From contig JAWBQR010000001.1 in NCBI GenBank assembly GCA_038845265.1, positions 64,001-128,000 of the forward strand: 64,000 nt of DNA, read 5' to 3'. The DNA comes from Nitrososphaerota archaeon (GTDB taxonomy: Archaea > Thermoproteota > Nitrososphaeria_A > Caldarchaeales > Calditenuaceae). The stretch's first letter is position 1; each line of letters opens with the position of its first letter. Under the pieces are notes generated by a model, which saw only the letters and a list, made by a program, of their open reading frames with translations, did no database searches and was not told where the DNA came from. Shown here one piece after another: positions 31,443 through 41,184 of this stretch. The position numbers were made by a program, and so were the translations under genes.

Positions 31443-31503
31443 TGGCTATGATGTCTCAGAGTTATTCTGAAAATAATGAATGAAAAGGCATTTGACTGAG
31501 CCA
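31443..31503 (+). ncRNA. box C/D methylation-guide sRNA, predicted 23S rRNA H69/H71 targets
   Basis: Terminal stem TGGCT/AGCCA; C-like box ATGATGT; D' CTGA 31467; C'-like ATGAATGA; D CTGA 31496. Guides are complementary to GUAACUCUGA and CAAAUGCCUU, recalled as conserved archaeal 23S sequences. Confidence 0.75.
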
Positions 31504-31573
31504 CTCATGATGATATGTTAAGTTTAAATCGGCGTAATCATAGTGTTGATTAAAGATAAACTGGTAGCCCGAC

Positions 31574-32497
31574 ATGTCTGAAGATAAGGAAATGGAGGAG
31601 GCAATATGGCTTCTCCGACATCGCGTTAGAAGAAGAATCATAATGACGATAGGAGATGAGGGTAGGATAAGTGCTACAACGCTTAGAGACAAACTAGGAA
31701 TAAGCACTGGCAGTCTCTATTATAATCTAAAGCAGCTTGAGAAACTGGTGACGCAGGACAGTAAAAGGAACTATGTGCTTACTGAGGAGGGGGTCGCAAT
31801 TTATCGCCTACTAAAGGAACAGGGAGATATCAATTTAGAGTCGATAAAAGCGCCTCAAAGCAAATTTGAGGTAATACTCTCAAATATCTTCTTTCCCGTA
31901 TGGATGGTCGCACCGCTATTAGAAAAGGCGAGACTCTCTGTTTTAATAGGACTATTATCATTAACTTTTCTCTCTGCATTACTCCTAAATTCTAAAGCAG
32001 AACTAATTATCCTTCATATTTACCACTTTCCAAACTTCTCCATCAATAACTATATTTTGTATCTCTCGATCTCCATAGTGACGATATACCTGTATGTCTC
32101 TGCAACATCATTTATTCATGACGTACTGACGCATCGAGGAGTCGAGGAGGAAAAACAAACATTTCGAAGGATCATCTCGCTATTTTTTGGAGGAAATTTA
32201 CAATGGGTAAAAATACTGTCATCAATAATGTTCAGCATGCTTCCACTCTCGATTTACCCAGCGATTGCATTTATAGATAAAATCATGGGTTGGGGCCAAT
32301 TTACGAGCAGAGGCATCGTGCCATCAACATTAGCTGCTAATGTCACGTTAGTCATTGCACAGTTAGGAGCCTTTATCCTCTTAACTACATCATTGGCATA
32401 CATACGAAGGCTTAGATGGCATGTCGCTGCGCTTATCTCCTTCTCAGTGATTTATCTATCAATTATTATTCAGTATATAGTTGTAATGGGGCTCTGA
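31574..32497 (+). CDS. winged-HTH (ArsR-like) regulator fused to a multi-pass membrane domain
   Basis: LRHRVRRRII...ISTGSLYYNLKQL...YVLTEEG, followed by several hydrophobic helices. Confidence 0.75.
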   Translation: MSEDKEMEEAIWLLRHRVRRRIIMTIGDEGRISATTLRDKLGISTGSLYYNLKQLEKLVTQDSKRNYVLTEEGVAIYRLLKEQGDINLESIKAPQSKFEVILSNIFFPVWMVAPLLEKARLSVLIGLLSLTFLSALLLNSKAELIILHIYHFPNFSINNYILYLSISIVTIYLYVSATSFIHDVLTHRGVEEEKQTFRRIISLFFGGNLQWVKILSSIMFSMLPLSIYPAIAFIDKIMGWGQFTSRGIVPSTLAANVTLVIAQLGAFILLTTSLAYIRRLRWHVAALISFSVIYLSIIIQYIVVMGL

Positions 32498-32555
32498 ATG
32501 GAATAATTAATATAATGGTTCTTCCCATACGATTTTTAGTCAAGGGGTAGGAGTC

Positions 32556-32870
32556 TTGCCACAAGTCGTAAGGATAAAGCTGACGTCTACTGATCTCGAA
32601 AAGTTAGAGAATACTTGTAACGAGATAAAATCGATAGCGCAGAGGACGGGTGTTAAAATCTCTGGCCCAGTTCCACTTCCATTAAGAAGGTTAGTACTGC
32701 CTGTCAGAAAAAGCCCATGCGGCGAAGGAACGAAGACGTGGAGAAAGTGGGAGCTAAGAATTCACCGTCGCATCATTGATTTAACAATAAATGATCCTAG
32801 AGTGATGAGGGAAATTATGAGGATACAAATTCCAGAGGAAGTATCTGTAGAGATGCGTGTAAGCAGCTAA
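32556..32870 (+). CDS. rps10: 30S ribosomal protein uS10
   Basis: GPVPLP, RKSPCGEG, WELRIHRRIID. Confidence 0.96.
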   Translation: MPQVVRIKLTSTDLEKLENTCNEIKSIAQRTGVKISGPVPLPLRRLVLPVRKSPCGEGTKTWRKWELRIHRRIIDLTINDPRVMREIMRIQIPEEVSVEMRVSS

Positions 32871-32871
32871 A

Positions 32872-34170
32872 CTACTTAGCTATTTTAGTTATCTCTTTTA
32901 CAACACCGGCTGCTACAGTCATTCCCATATCTCTTATCGCGAATCGTCCTAGCTGTGGAAAGTCGCTGTAGGCCTCTAAGGCAACAGGCCTTAATGGTTG
33001 AAGCCTGACTATTGCAGCATCTCCCGTCTTGAGGAACTGTGGATTTTTCTCTACTGGCTGTCCAGTCCTAGGATCGAGCTTAGCCTCAAGCTCGACAAAC
33101 TTAACTGCTGTTTGTGCCGTGTGGATATGCATTACAGGTGTATATCCGACCGCTATCGCAGTTGGATGATTTATGACGATGATCTGTGCCCTGAACTCTT
33201 CAGCTACCTTGCAGGGACTATCGGGATGCGAGACAACCATTCCTCTTTGAAGTGCCGTTTTCTCTATGCCTTTCAAGTTAAATCCTATGTTGTCCCCTGG
33301 AACAGCCTGAGGCAGCGGAGCGTGATGCATCTCTATACTCTTAACTTCAGCCCTAATGTTTCCTGGCATTATTACTACCTGATCTCCAGGCTTAAGCACT
33401 CCTGTCTCGACACGTCCAACAGGAACAGTACCTACACCCTTAATGCTGTAGACAGCTTGGATAGGTATACGGAGCGGTTTGTCGATTGGTTTGGGAGGTT
33501 CTTGGAACGTGTCAAGAGCCTCTAACAATGTCGGACCTGTGTACCAGGGCATTTTTTCGCTTCTACTCACCAAGTTGTCGCCTGTCCAGCCAGATATGGG
33601 GATGAATGGAATCTTTGAGACGTCGATGCCTATTTGTTTCATAAGTGCTGAAACTCCTTGCTTGACCTCTTCAAACCTCTCTTTAGACCAATTGACCGTT
33701 GGGTCGTCCATCTTATTGATAAGTACAATTATTTGTCTTATACCGAGCATAAATGCCAGGAATAAGTGTTCCCTTGTCTGACCACCTGCAGATATTCCTA
33801 CCTCATACTCACCCTTCTTTGCAGATACGACAAGTATAGCGGCATCAGCCTGCGATGCCCCAGTAATCATGTTCTTGACGAAGTCTCTATGTCCCGGCGC
33901 GTCAATAATAGTGAAATAGTATTTCTTGGTCTCGAATTTCTGGAAGCTGAGCTGAATGGTTAATCCTCTTTCTCTCTCCTCCTTAATCGAGTCCATTATG
34001 AAGGCATAGATAAATGTATCTTTACCTAGCCTCTTTGCCTCAGCTTCGAGCTCCTTCAGCTGACGCTCATCGACCGAGCCATTTAGGACTAAGAAGTGTC
34101 CCATAGTAGTTGACTTGCCATGATCGACGTGTCCTATTACGACGAGGTTTAGATGCGGCTTCTGAGACAT
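32872..34170 (-). CDS. tuf: translation elongation factor EF-1 alpha
   Basis: GHVDHGKST, ERERGLTI, DAPGHRDF, NKMD, GRFAIRDMG. Confidence 0.98.
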   Translation of the reverse strand: MSQKPHLNLVVIGHVDHGKSTTMGHFLVLNGSVDERQLKELEAEAKRLGKDTFIYAFIMDSIKEERERGLTIQLSFQKFETKKYYFTIIDAPGHRDFVKNMITGASQADAAILVVSAKKGEYEVGISAGGQTREHLFLAFMLGIRQIIVLINKMDDPTVNWSKERFEEVKQGVSALMKQIGIDVSKIPFIPISGWTGDNLVSRSEKMPWYTGPTLLEALDTFQEPPKPIDKPLRIPIQAVYSIKGVGTVPVGRVETGVLKPGDQVVIMPGNIRAEVKSIEMHHAPLPQAVPGDNIGFNLKGIEKTALQRGMVVSHPDSPCKVAEEFRAQIIVINHPTAIAVGYTPVMHIHTAQTAVKFVELEAKLDPRTGQPVEKNPQFLKTGDAAIVRLQPLRPVALEAYSDFPQLGRFAIRDMGMTVAAGVVKEITKIAK

Positions 34171-34242
34171 TTCAAACTCAATTTTAAAATCGCCTGGTCC
34201 TATATAAATATATTAATCCATAGAGAAAGAGTGCCCAAAAAA

Positions 34243-34800
34243 CTACCGAGAGGCTAGCGCTATGCGCTCCTGCTCTATCTTCTTTTTCAATGCGTAGCTT
34301 CTCACGTCACCTGAAGCCGCCAAAATTATTTCGTTTGCCAATGCCTCGTCAACCGTGATTGGTGCTCTGAAAGAATTTTCACGAGCTGCCTCGCTGAGCC
34401 ATCTAAGGGCAAGATCAAGCCTCCTCTGTGGAGATATGTCTACTGCCTTGAAGTAGGTGATACCGCCATAAGTTACTCTCGTTACATCCTCCCTAGGTGC
34501 ACAGTTCTCAATGGCCCTAATGAGAACCTGTATAGGATTTTCACCAGTCCTCAAATGAATAATTTGTAATGCGTTCCTTACTATCTGTAGGGCCTTTGTC
34601 TTCTTCCCCCCGTTCTTTCCAGGACGCATAAACATATTAGCCAATCGTTCAACTATGTTTACCTGAGATTTGCCGAAACGTCTATGCTCATGTCTACCGC
34701 CGGAGTGTGGCATAACTACTGGTTTGAGATTTATGTATGATCGTAGCCCCACATCATTGATTACTATGCCTTCAGTATCCCAAGCATTGAAGATTTTCAT
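34243..34800 (-). CDS. rps7: 30S ribosomal protein uS7
   Basis: NIVERL, NPIQVL, PRED, VDISPQRR, ERIALASR. Confidence 0.96.
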   Translation of the reverse strand: MKIFNAWDTEGIVINDVGLRSYINLKPVVMPHSGGRHEHRRFGKSQVNIVERLANMFMRPGKNGGKKTKALQIVRNALQIIHLRTGENPIQVLIRAIENCAPREDVTRVTYGGITYFKAVDISPQRRLDLALRWLSEAARENSFRAPITVDEALANEIILAASGDVRSYALKKKIEQERIALASR

Positions 34801-34865
34801 TTAAAAACATCAATATACTGGAATAATATAAATCTAAGTCCGAACACTGTCTTCGCACACCTATC

Positions 34866-35465
34866 TCATTTCAATCTATTATAGACATAGACTATTCTCT
34901 GGCCAATAGTAATTATGGAGAGAAACGTAGTAAGTAATAATCCGTACTGGAGTGATTGGCTAAAAAAGGGATAGAGTAGCGAGGCAAGCGCAATTATGAT
35001 AATTCTCTCTGCCCTTTCTGCAATCCCTGCTCCAGCAATGTTTATGTTATGTTGGTCTGCTTTGGCTCTAATATAGCTCACGAGGAGCGAACAAGAAATG
35101 AAGAGAGTCACTATGATTGATGAGACCCTACCGGAGATGGCTATTCCGAGTGAGACCGATACCTCTCCCAGCTTATCAAACACAGAGTCTAAGAAAGATC
35201 CTTTCTGAGTAGTCCTGTTAGTCGCTCTTGCTAATTCCCCGTCCAAGGCATCTAAAAAGCCAGACAGGAGTAGAACAACCCCGCCTATTGCTACGAACGT
35301 CTCTGATAAGTTTGCTAATGAGTAGAGACAGCCAGAAAGGATAGAAAAAACCAATGCCATATATGTAAGCGTAAATGGATTCACGTTACGTTCAACTAGA
35401 AGTTTAATAATATTGGTGCTAATTTTCTTCAAGAGATTTTTTTCGATGGTTCTCTTGTAGTTCAT
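34866..35465 (-). CDS. CDP-alcohol phosphatidyltransferase (archaetidylinositol-phosphate synthase-like)
   Basis: DALDGELAR...GSFLDSVFD signature; VSYIRAK; ERAER. Confidence 0.88.
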   Translation of the reverse strand: MNYKRTIEKNLLKKISTNIIKLLVERNVNPFTLTYMALVFSILSGCLYSLANLSETFVAIGGVVLLLSGFLDALDGELARATNRTTQKGSFLDSVFDKLGEVSVSLGIAISGRVSSIIVTLFISCSLLVSYIRAKADQHNINIAGAGIAERAERIIIIALASLLYPFFSQSLQYGLLLTTFLSIITIGQRIVYVYNRLK

Positions 35466-35585
35466 TTTTATTCCTTATAATTCTTTATGCATTTTGTATA
35501 AAACCTTGCTTTGATGCACTTCCTTCTGTATATTTAGTCAAAATTTAGTAAGACTAATATCTTGCTTTTAAGAAGGGAGTTACGC

Positions 35586-37280
35586 ATGAAAATCCTTCAA
35601 CTGCATGCCGACTACATTGAATATGAGCCAGTATCGAGAGAGGGCCCCATCGCCGAAGAAGCTGAAAAAAAGAAGATTCTTCTCAAAGACATACTAGTCC
35701 TTTTCACCACTATAGAGGAAACTGATACAGAAGCGATAGCTTCAAAGATGATTGATGAGATTAAAGAGTTTACTAACAATCTGGGAATAAATAAGATTCT
35801 TATCTATCCATATGCGCACCTAAGCAATAAACTGGCGCGTCCAGAAAAGGCTCTCAAAATAATTAAACATATGGAGGATGTAGCAAAAAAAATGGGGCTC
35901 GACGTCCATCGTTCTCCTTTCGGCTGGAATAAAAGGTTTACAATATCGATAAAGGGGCATCCCCTTGCTGAACAGTTCAGAAGCGATGTACAGTTGGAAA
36001 AAAAGTCGGTCCAAAAACAAGTATTGCAAAAGCCTGCTGAAGTAACGACAAGAATTGAGGCTAAGGAGCCGACGCATGTATTCTTAGGAAGAGAGTTAGA
36101 CATCTTCTCTATAAACCCAACAGCTGGCTCTGGGCTCCCACTATATCATCCAAGGGGAGCAATAATTAGAGAAGAGCTAATCAAATTAATAAGGGAGATA
36201 AATCAGAGTTTAGGATTTCAAGAGGTCTGGACTCCGCATCTATTTAGGTCTGAACTATGGTACAAAACAGGTCATTATGAGGCTTATCGAGAAAGAATGT
36301 TCGTGTTAGATGTTGAAGATGAGGAATACGTCGTGAAGCCAATGAACTGTCCCGGACACGCATTGATATACATGAGCAGGCCTAGGAGCTACAGGGATTT
36401 GCCAATTGCATATTCAGAATTTGCCACAGTTTATCGGAATGAGCAATCCGGCGAGCTGACGGGCTTACTGCGGGTTAGAGCGTTAACTCAGGATGATGGG
36501 CACGTTTTTTGTAGAGTAGACCAAATTAAAGATCAAGTTACAAAAATTATGAAAGCTGCACTTACAATTCATCAAAATCTAATCGGAGGAAATGTAGTAG
36601 TCAATCTTTCGACGAGGCCGGAAAAATTCATTGGCTCAGTAGAGCTCTGGGACTACGCGACGGAAATGTTGAAGAATTCATTAGAAGAACTTCAAATCAA
36701 CTATGTACTTAAAGAGGGAGAGGGAGCATTTTATGGGCCTAAGATTGACATTGATGTTGAAGATTCTCTTGGCAGGAAGTGGCAGTGTACGACCATTCAG
36801 CTGGACTTCTTCATTCCTGAGAATTTAGGTTTAGAATACGTAGACGCGGATGGGACGAAGAAGAGGCCAGTGATTATTCATCGCGCTCTCCTAGGTAGCT
36901 TAGATCGATATATTGCTTTACTCCTCGAGCATTATAACGGTAGGCTTCCAGTCTGGCTTTCGCCTGAGCAGGTCAGAATCATAACTGTTTCGGACAGGGT
37001 TGCCAGCTATGCAGAGAAGGTACGAGATATCCTATTGTCCAAAGGTATTAGGTGTTCCTTAAGCCTCACAGAGGGAACCGTAAGCAAAAAGATACTCCAA
37101 GCACACAGCGATAGGGTATCATTTATTGTAATAATTGGGGATAATGAAGAAAAGGAGGGCGTTATATCTGTTAGGGACGCTACTGGTAAGACATATTCGG
37201 GAATTAAGCCTGAGGAATTCGGAGAATGGGTCAAGAGGTTAATTGATTTAAGATCAAGGAACGTTGGGATATATGAGTAG
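35586..37280 (+). CDS. thrS: threonyl-tRNA synthetase
   Basis: Archaeal editing N-domain (LHADY, YPYAHLS, SPFGWNK, KGHPLAE); catalytic KPMNCPGH, FYGPKID, IHRALLGS. Confidence 0.96.
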   Translation: MKILQLHADYIEYEPVSREGPIAEEAEKKKILLKDILVLFTTIEETDTEAIASKMIDEIKEFTNNLGINKILIYPYAHLSNKLARPEKALKIIKHMEDVAKKMGLDVHRSPFGWNKRFTISIKGHPLAEQFRSDVQLEKKSVQKQVLQKPAEVTTRIEAKEPTHVFLGRELDIFSINPTAGSGLPLYHPRGAIIREELIKLIREINQSLGFQEVWTPHLFRSELWYKTGHYEAYRERMFVLDVEDEEYVVKPMNCPGHALIYMSRPRSYRDLPIAYSEFATVYRNEQSGELTGLLRVRALTQDDGHVFCRVDQIKDQVTKIMKAALTIHQNLIGGNVVVNLSTRPEKFIGSVELWDYATEMLKNSLEELQINYVLKEGEGAFYGPKIDIDVEDSLGRKWQCTTIQLDFFIPENLGLEYVDADGTKKRPVIIHRALLGSLDRYIALLLEHYNGRLPVWLSPEQVRIITVSDRVASYAEKVRDILLSKGIRCSLSLTEGTVSKKILQAHSDRVSFIVIIGDNEEKEGVISVRDATGKTYSGIKPEEFGEWVKRLIDLRSRNVGIYE

Positions 37281-37329
37281 ATTCATGTTACATTCTTATA
37301 TCCTTCCGTAATAATCTCAATAAAGGGAA

Positions 37330-38778
37330 TTGAAGATTATTGGCAGAATTGGAGATGGCTCAACGGAGACATATGCCCGAGTCATACTATTGAAAGATAT
37401 TGAAAGAGAGATTAAGGCCGAGGAAATAGTACTAATTAAGAATGGAGGAGAGGAAAATCCTGTAAATGAAATAATAGGAGTGCTGAGAGAGGGCCTAGGA
37501 AAGAATGAATTTCTGAGTCATAGTGCTTATCGTCCAGACGTAGCATACCTAAAGTACGGTGGGCAACCATCAGGTGCGAGAGAGGTTTACTCATTTAGAG
37601 TAATGCCAATCGGTGTTAAGGGTGAGAACGGATTCGAGCCAAATAAGCTCATCATCGCGCCACGCTCACCTGTATATCTATTCGAGGACGATGATAATCC
37701 TCTAGACTTATTAACAGTCAGCATCAAGGAGCCTGAATATCTAGAAGCATTTCTGGAGGGTCATGAAAAGTGGCGGATACCAGTCCTTAAGGAATACATT
37801 CCCTATCACGTTGGAATTTTCGGCAGCACTGGCAGTGGAAAGTCATGGCTCGCGAGATACGTATTAGTTGAGTTCTATAAGAGATGTGGTTATGATGTCT
37901 TGATCCTTGACTGGAGTGGCACCGACTATGTCCCCTACTTTGAGGGAAATGTCATATCGATAACTGATATAGCATTAGATGAAGAGTCTATCTTTGCATA
38001 TTTACAAGACCTCACCTACAGGTTCGGCGATAATACAAACGTCAGAGACGCTTTTGACGAGTTTATTGAGGAGTGGCCCAAAAAAATACAAGAATCTGGA
38101 GGCAGTCACGAGAGACTTTACGAAATGCTTAAGAGAAGGGTAGAACTAATGGTTGAGAACATAGAGAGAAAAGACTGGAAGGACAATGCAAGACGTGCAT
38201 GTAGAAGAGTATTTAGAAAAATAAAGCCAGAAGATCTTATCCCACTAATGGGAACCATATCTATCGCTGAACTGCTAAAGCGACTACGGAGAGATCATTT
38301 GTTAGTGATTGATATGAGCGGAGCGATGGTTGAGAGTAAGCTAGGGTTTTTCCTCTCACTTGGAGCAGAGATTTATAGAGAAATGGATACGGGAAAAAAT
38401 GTAAACATTGCAATGATTATAGATGAGGCCCCACAATACGCTCCATGGGACGCTAAGGGAATACAGCTACAGACATCCGAGATGATTAAAAACCTAGCAG
38501 CTCTAGGACGAAAGAGACGTTTTAACTTGACTCTGATATCTCAGGGAATTAAAGGCGAGATAGGAATAAACGCAGCCGTCAGGAGAAACTTGAATACATA
38601 CTTTATAGGAAGAATACATCCGCTAGATGCATCAGGTGAAGGCGGGGCTTCTGAATGGCTGAGTCCATATGGAATAAGACCTGAGCAGTTATTACAGCTT
38701 AAACCGGGCAGATTCTATTTTGCGGGAATAATGAATCCATCACCTGTGCCACTCTTATTAACATTCAATCCAAGGTGA
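37330..38778 (+). CDS. HerA-like (DUF87) ATPase
   Basis: N-terminal HAS-barrel-like region, HVGIFGSTGSGKS, IIDEA, LGRK...LISQ. Confidence 0.85.
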   Translation: MKIIGRIGDGSTETYARVILLKDIEREIKAEEIVLIKNGGEENPVNEIIGVLREGLGKNEFLSHSAYRPDVAYLKYGGQPSGAREVYSFRVMPIGVKGENGFEPNKLIIAPRSPVYLFEDDDNPLDLLTVSIKEPEYLEAFLEGHEKWRIPVLKEYIPYHVGIFGSTGSGKSWLARYVLVEFYKRCGYDVLILDWSGTDYVPYFEGNVISITDIALDEESIFAYLQDLTYRFGDNTNVRDAFDEFIEEWPKKIQESGGSHERLYEMLKRRVELMVENIERKDWKDNARRACRRVFRKIKPEDLIPLMGTISIAELLKRLRRDHLLVIDMSGAMVESKLGFFLSLGAEIYREMDTGKNVNIAMIIDEAPQYAPWDAKGIQLQTSEMIKNLAALGRKRRFNLTLISQGIKGEIGINAAVRRNLNTYFIGRIHPLDASGEGGASEWLSPYGIRPEQLLQLKPGRFYFAGIMNPSPVPLLLTFNPR

Positions 38779-38782
38779 GATT

Positions 38783-39946
38783 ATGGAGGAGTACGTCGAG
38801 TGGCTAATGCTTCCGCATGATTTACAAATAGGTTTTTTCGAAGAGGCGGAGAAGGAATCTATAAACCTAGCAAGTAGGATTGAGGATATCTCGAAAGTCC
38901 TAAGAGACGCTACTCATCTACTTAAACCATTCGTAAAAAACTTGAGTGACAACGAAGAACTTTATGTCGTCTCTGCTGTTGATGGTTCAAGATCGCCTCA
39001 GCTAAGTGAGAGATTAGGCGTCAGGTATGGAGTATTTTCAGTAGGTATAAAAATAATTAAGGGACTAGAAAGCAAGGAGGAAATACTCAAGGCCGGAGTA
39101 TTCAAGAGGAAACAAGCATTTTCGCAAGACCTAAGCAGACACTTCTTTGAAGTCCTAGTCACATATCATGAAAGAAAACTAGCATTAGAAGCCTTGAAAA
39201 AGAGCGACTTAGTCCTAATCGATGGCAGTTTCTATGGATTTCTATTTCATGCATTGAGAACTAAAACACCAGAGGAATCGGAAGCACTGAAGAAGATAGT
39301 TCAAGAGACGTTCAAATTATCAGAGGAATTAATCAATAGCGGAAAAGTAATAGCTATTGTTAAGAGAAGCCCTTCAAGAGCAATCGGTGGATATTTCGCC
39401 TTTATTAATAAGCGAGACAATCCCTACACCACCCTCCTAGACAAATTCATACTATCATTCGTAATGCCTAGAAAGACCATCTTTTATTATGACGACCTTC
39501 TAGGGACTGAAAGACACATTATTTTTTACAACTCAATTGCATCCATGATTAGGAGATATGACTCGATGGATACAGTTATCGAAAAGGCACATGAAAACAT
39601 TATGTCGCCTTTCAGGCGTTTTGAACTGCCGGAAGACGCTCTTAATATCTTAGCCAGAGCGCAGGTAAGAGCATTTGACGGTGTTCCTACATGTGAAATA
39701 GAATATCCGAGGCACATCAGTAAAGAGAATTTGGAGCGTTGGCTTGCTCAGCCTAACTTTTTCAATGAAGGAACTGGATTGCCACTTGTTCTTGACTTAG
39801 TCGATAATTTGATATCAATTCCATCAAGATTTACGAATGAGTTTGTAAACGAGATAGAAGCCAGAACGCTAGAAAAACTTGGAGGCAGCGATCCCGACAT
39901 CCTTAAACTCTACTTTTCCTATCTAAATCCACAGAAGCCACTATGA
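38783..39946 (+). CDS. NurA-like nuclease
   Basis: SAVDGS, ER-x-LA, LIDGS, IAIVKR, G-x-P-x-x-L-x-x-V-D motifs; 4 bp after herA with SD GGTGA. Confidence 0.8.
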   Translation: MEEYVEWLMLPHDLQIGFFEEAEKESINLASRIEDISKVLRDATHLLKPFVKNLSDNEELYVVSAVDGSRSPQLSERLGVRYGVFSVGIKIIKGLESKEEILKAGVFKRKQAFSQDLSRHFFEVLVTYHERKLALEALKKSDLVLIDGSFYGFLFHALRTKTPEESEALKKIVQETFKLSEELINSGKVIAIVKRSPSRAIGGYFAFINKRDNPYTTLLDKFILSFVMPRKTIFYYDDLLGTERHIIFYNSIASMIRRYDSMDTVIEKAHENIMSPFRRFELPEDALNILARAQVRAFDGVPTCEIEYPRHISKENLERWLAQPNFFNEGTGLPLVLDLVDNLISIPSRFTNEFVNEIEARTLEKLGGSDPDILKLYFSYLNPQKPL

Positions 39947-40044
39947 CAACTATAGATTTCTCGTAAATTTAAAAATGGTAATACTTTTAATCCCATTCCA
40001 TGTATTTCTTGAGTACCAATAGCTCTATGTTGTATTTTGATTTA

Positions 40045-40452
40045 TTAGGTTTTAGTTATTGCAATTATTCCTCCTATTAGTCCGATGATTGAGCCTATTA
40101 GAAAGCCGCCGCCACTCAGAAAACCTATTATGGAGAAGATTAGTATGATTATTCCCCACAATTGAGTATCTTTTGGATTTACACGAATCATTAGGCCGCC
40201 CAGAATGAGGAGAGCCCCTGCCACTATTCCTAGGATAGAAACAAATGCCATCATGCCTGTAAAGGGCCATGCCATCATTGGTCCTCCCCATCTCCACATC
40301 ATACCACACATTGGGCAGCCCCATGTCGGAAACCAAGCGATCGATGGTGCTAATAGTGATAATATCATATAAATGACACTGTTGAGTAGGATCAATGATC
40401 CGCCAGTGATTGTGAGAGCAACGACTGCCGATAAGCTTCTATCATTACTCAT
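40045..40452 (-). CDS. small Gly-rich 4-TM protein with a CPMCGMM loop
   Basis: Hydrophobic helices; GGGFLIGSIIGLIGG C-terminus; overlaps the upstream gene. Confidence 0.65.
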   Translation of the reverse strand: MSNDRSLSAVVALTITGGSLILLNSVIYMILSLLAPSIAWFPTWGCPMCGMMWRWGGPMMAWPFTGMMAFVSILGIVAGALLILGGLMIRVNPKDTQLWGIIILIFSIIGFLSGGGFLIGSIIGLIGGIIAITKT

Positions 40453-41137
40453 TTTCCTCTACCTCGATTTCCTGAATGAACTCTCCATGCCAAGAGTGGT
40501 ACCAGACGTCGCCTGAGAATGCATTTACGCTGAGCATACCGTGAATCCTGTTATTAATAGTGTAGTCTATAGTGTAATAACCATAGAATTTTATCGGCTC
40601 TTCTAATCCAATGCTTCCTTGAAACCTCTGTGTTAAGTATCTTAACGCTATTTGCTTGGCTTCATCCTCGTCTATTATCATTTCATCAGGAGTAGGATAA
40701 TACCGATACATCATTCTGAAGTGCATTCCATATTTAGTGTTCCACATCATGTTAGGCCCCGGCTCCGGCATTATTGCTCCAGTATAGGGATCAACAAGTA
40801 ACTCGAAAGCACCAACACTAGTATCTTTCTCTATTATAACAGCATAGAAATTATTACTGAACTCCATAATCTCTAATACTGCATAGTTATTCCCAAGTGA
40901 TTCAACATAAGACTCTAGACGTTTCGTAACTTCTGTTATGTCGAGTCTATTAGCCGTAATGGTTGTGGACCACCTACCTCTATTCATGGGACAAGCATAC
41001 CAAGATGCTCCTGCAGCAGAGCCCGAGTATTGATAGTTATTTCCACTCCACCCATAGGCGATGATGGCAAGATATACCGTCGATACACCTACTATGACAA
41101 GAATGGTAATTATCGATAGTATGGTTAACTTATTCAA
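40445..41137 (-). CDS. membrane-anchored extracytoplasmic protein with PepSY-like repeats
   Basis: N-terminal TM; AFELLVDPYTG, PEPGPNMMWNTKYG, FYGYYT, MLSVNAFSGDVWYHSWHG. Confidence 0.65.
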   Translation of the reverse strand: MNKLTILSIITILVIVGVSTVYLAIIAYGWSGNNYQYSGSAAGASWYACPMNRGRWSTTITANRLDITEVTKRLESYVESLGNNYAVLEIMEFSNNFYAVIIEKDTSVGAFELLVDPYTGAIMPEPGPNMMWNTKYGMHFRMMYRYYPTPDEMIIDEDEAKQIALRYLTQRFQGSIGLEEPIKFYGYYTIDYTINNRIHGMLSVNAFSGDVWYHSWHGEFIQEIEVEENE

Positions 41138-41184
41138 TTTTACTTCCCTAACTATCTAAACCGCACTCTTAATAATAAAGTACG

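Noticed and set aside
31508-31573. ATGATGA following the first sRNA as a tandem C/D RNA
   Set aside because: No properly spaced D' or D boxes; better explained as the promoter of the wHTH gene.
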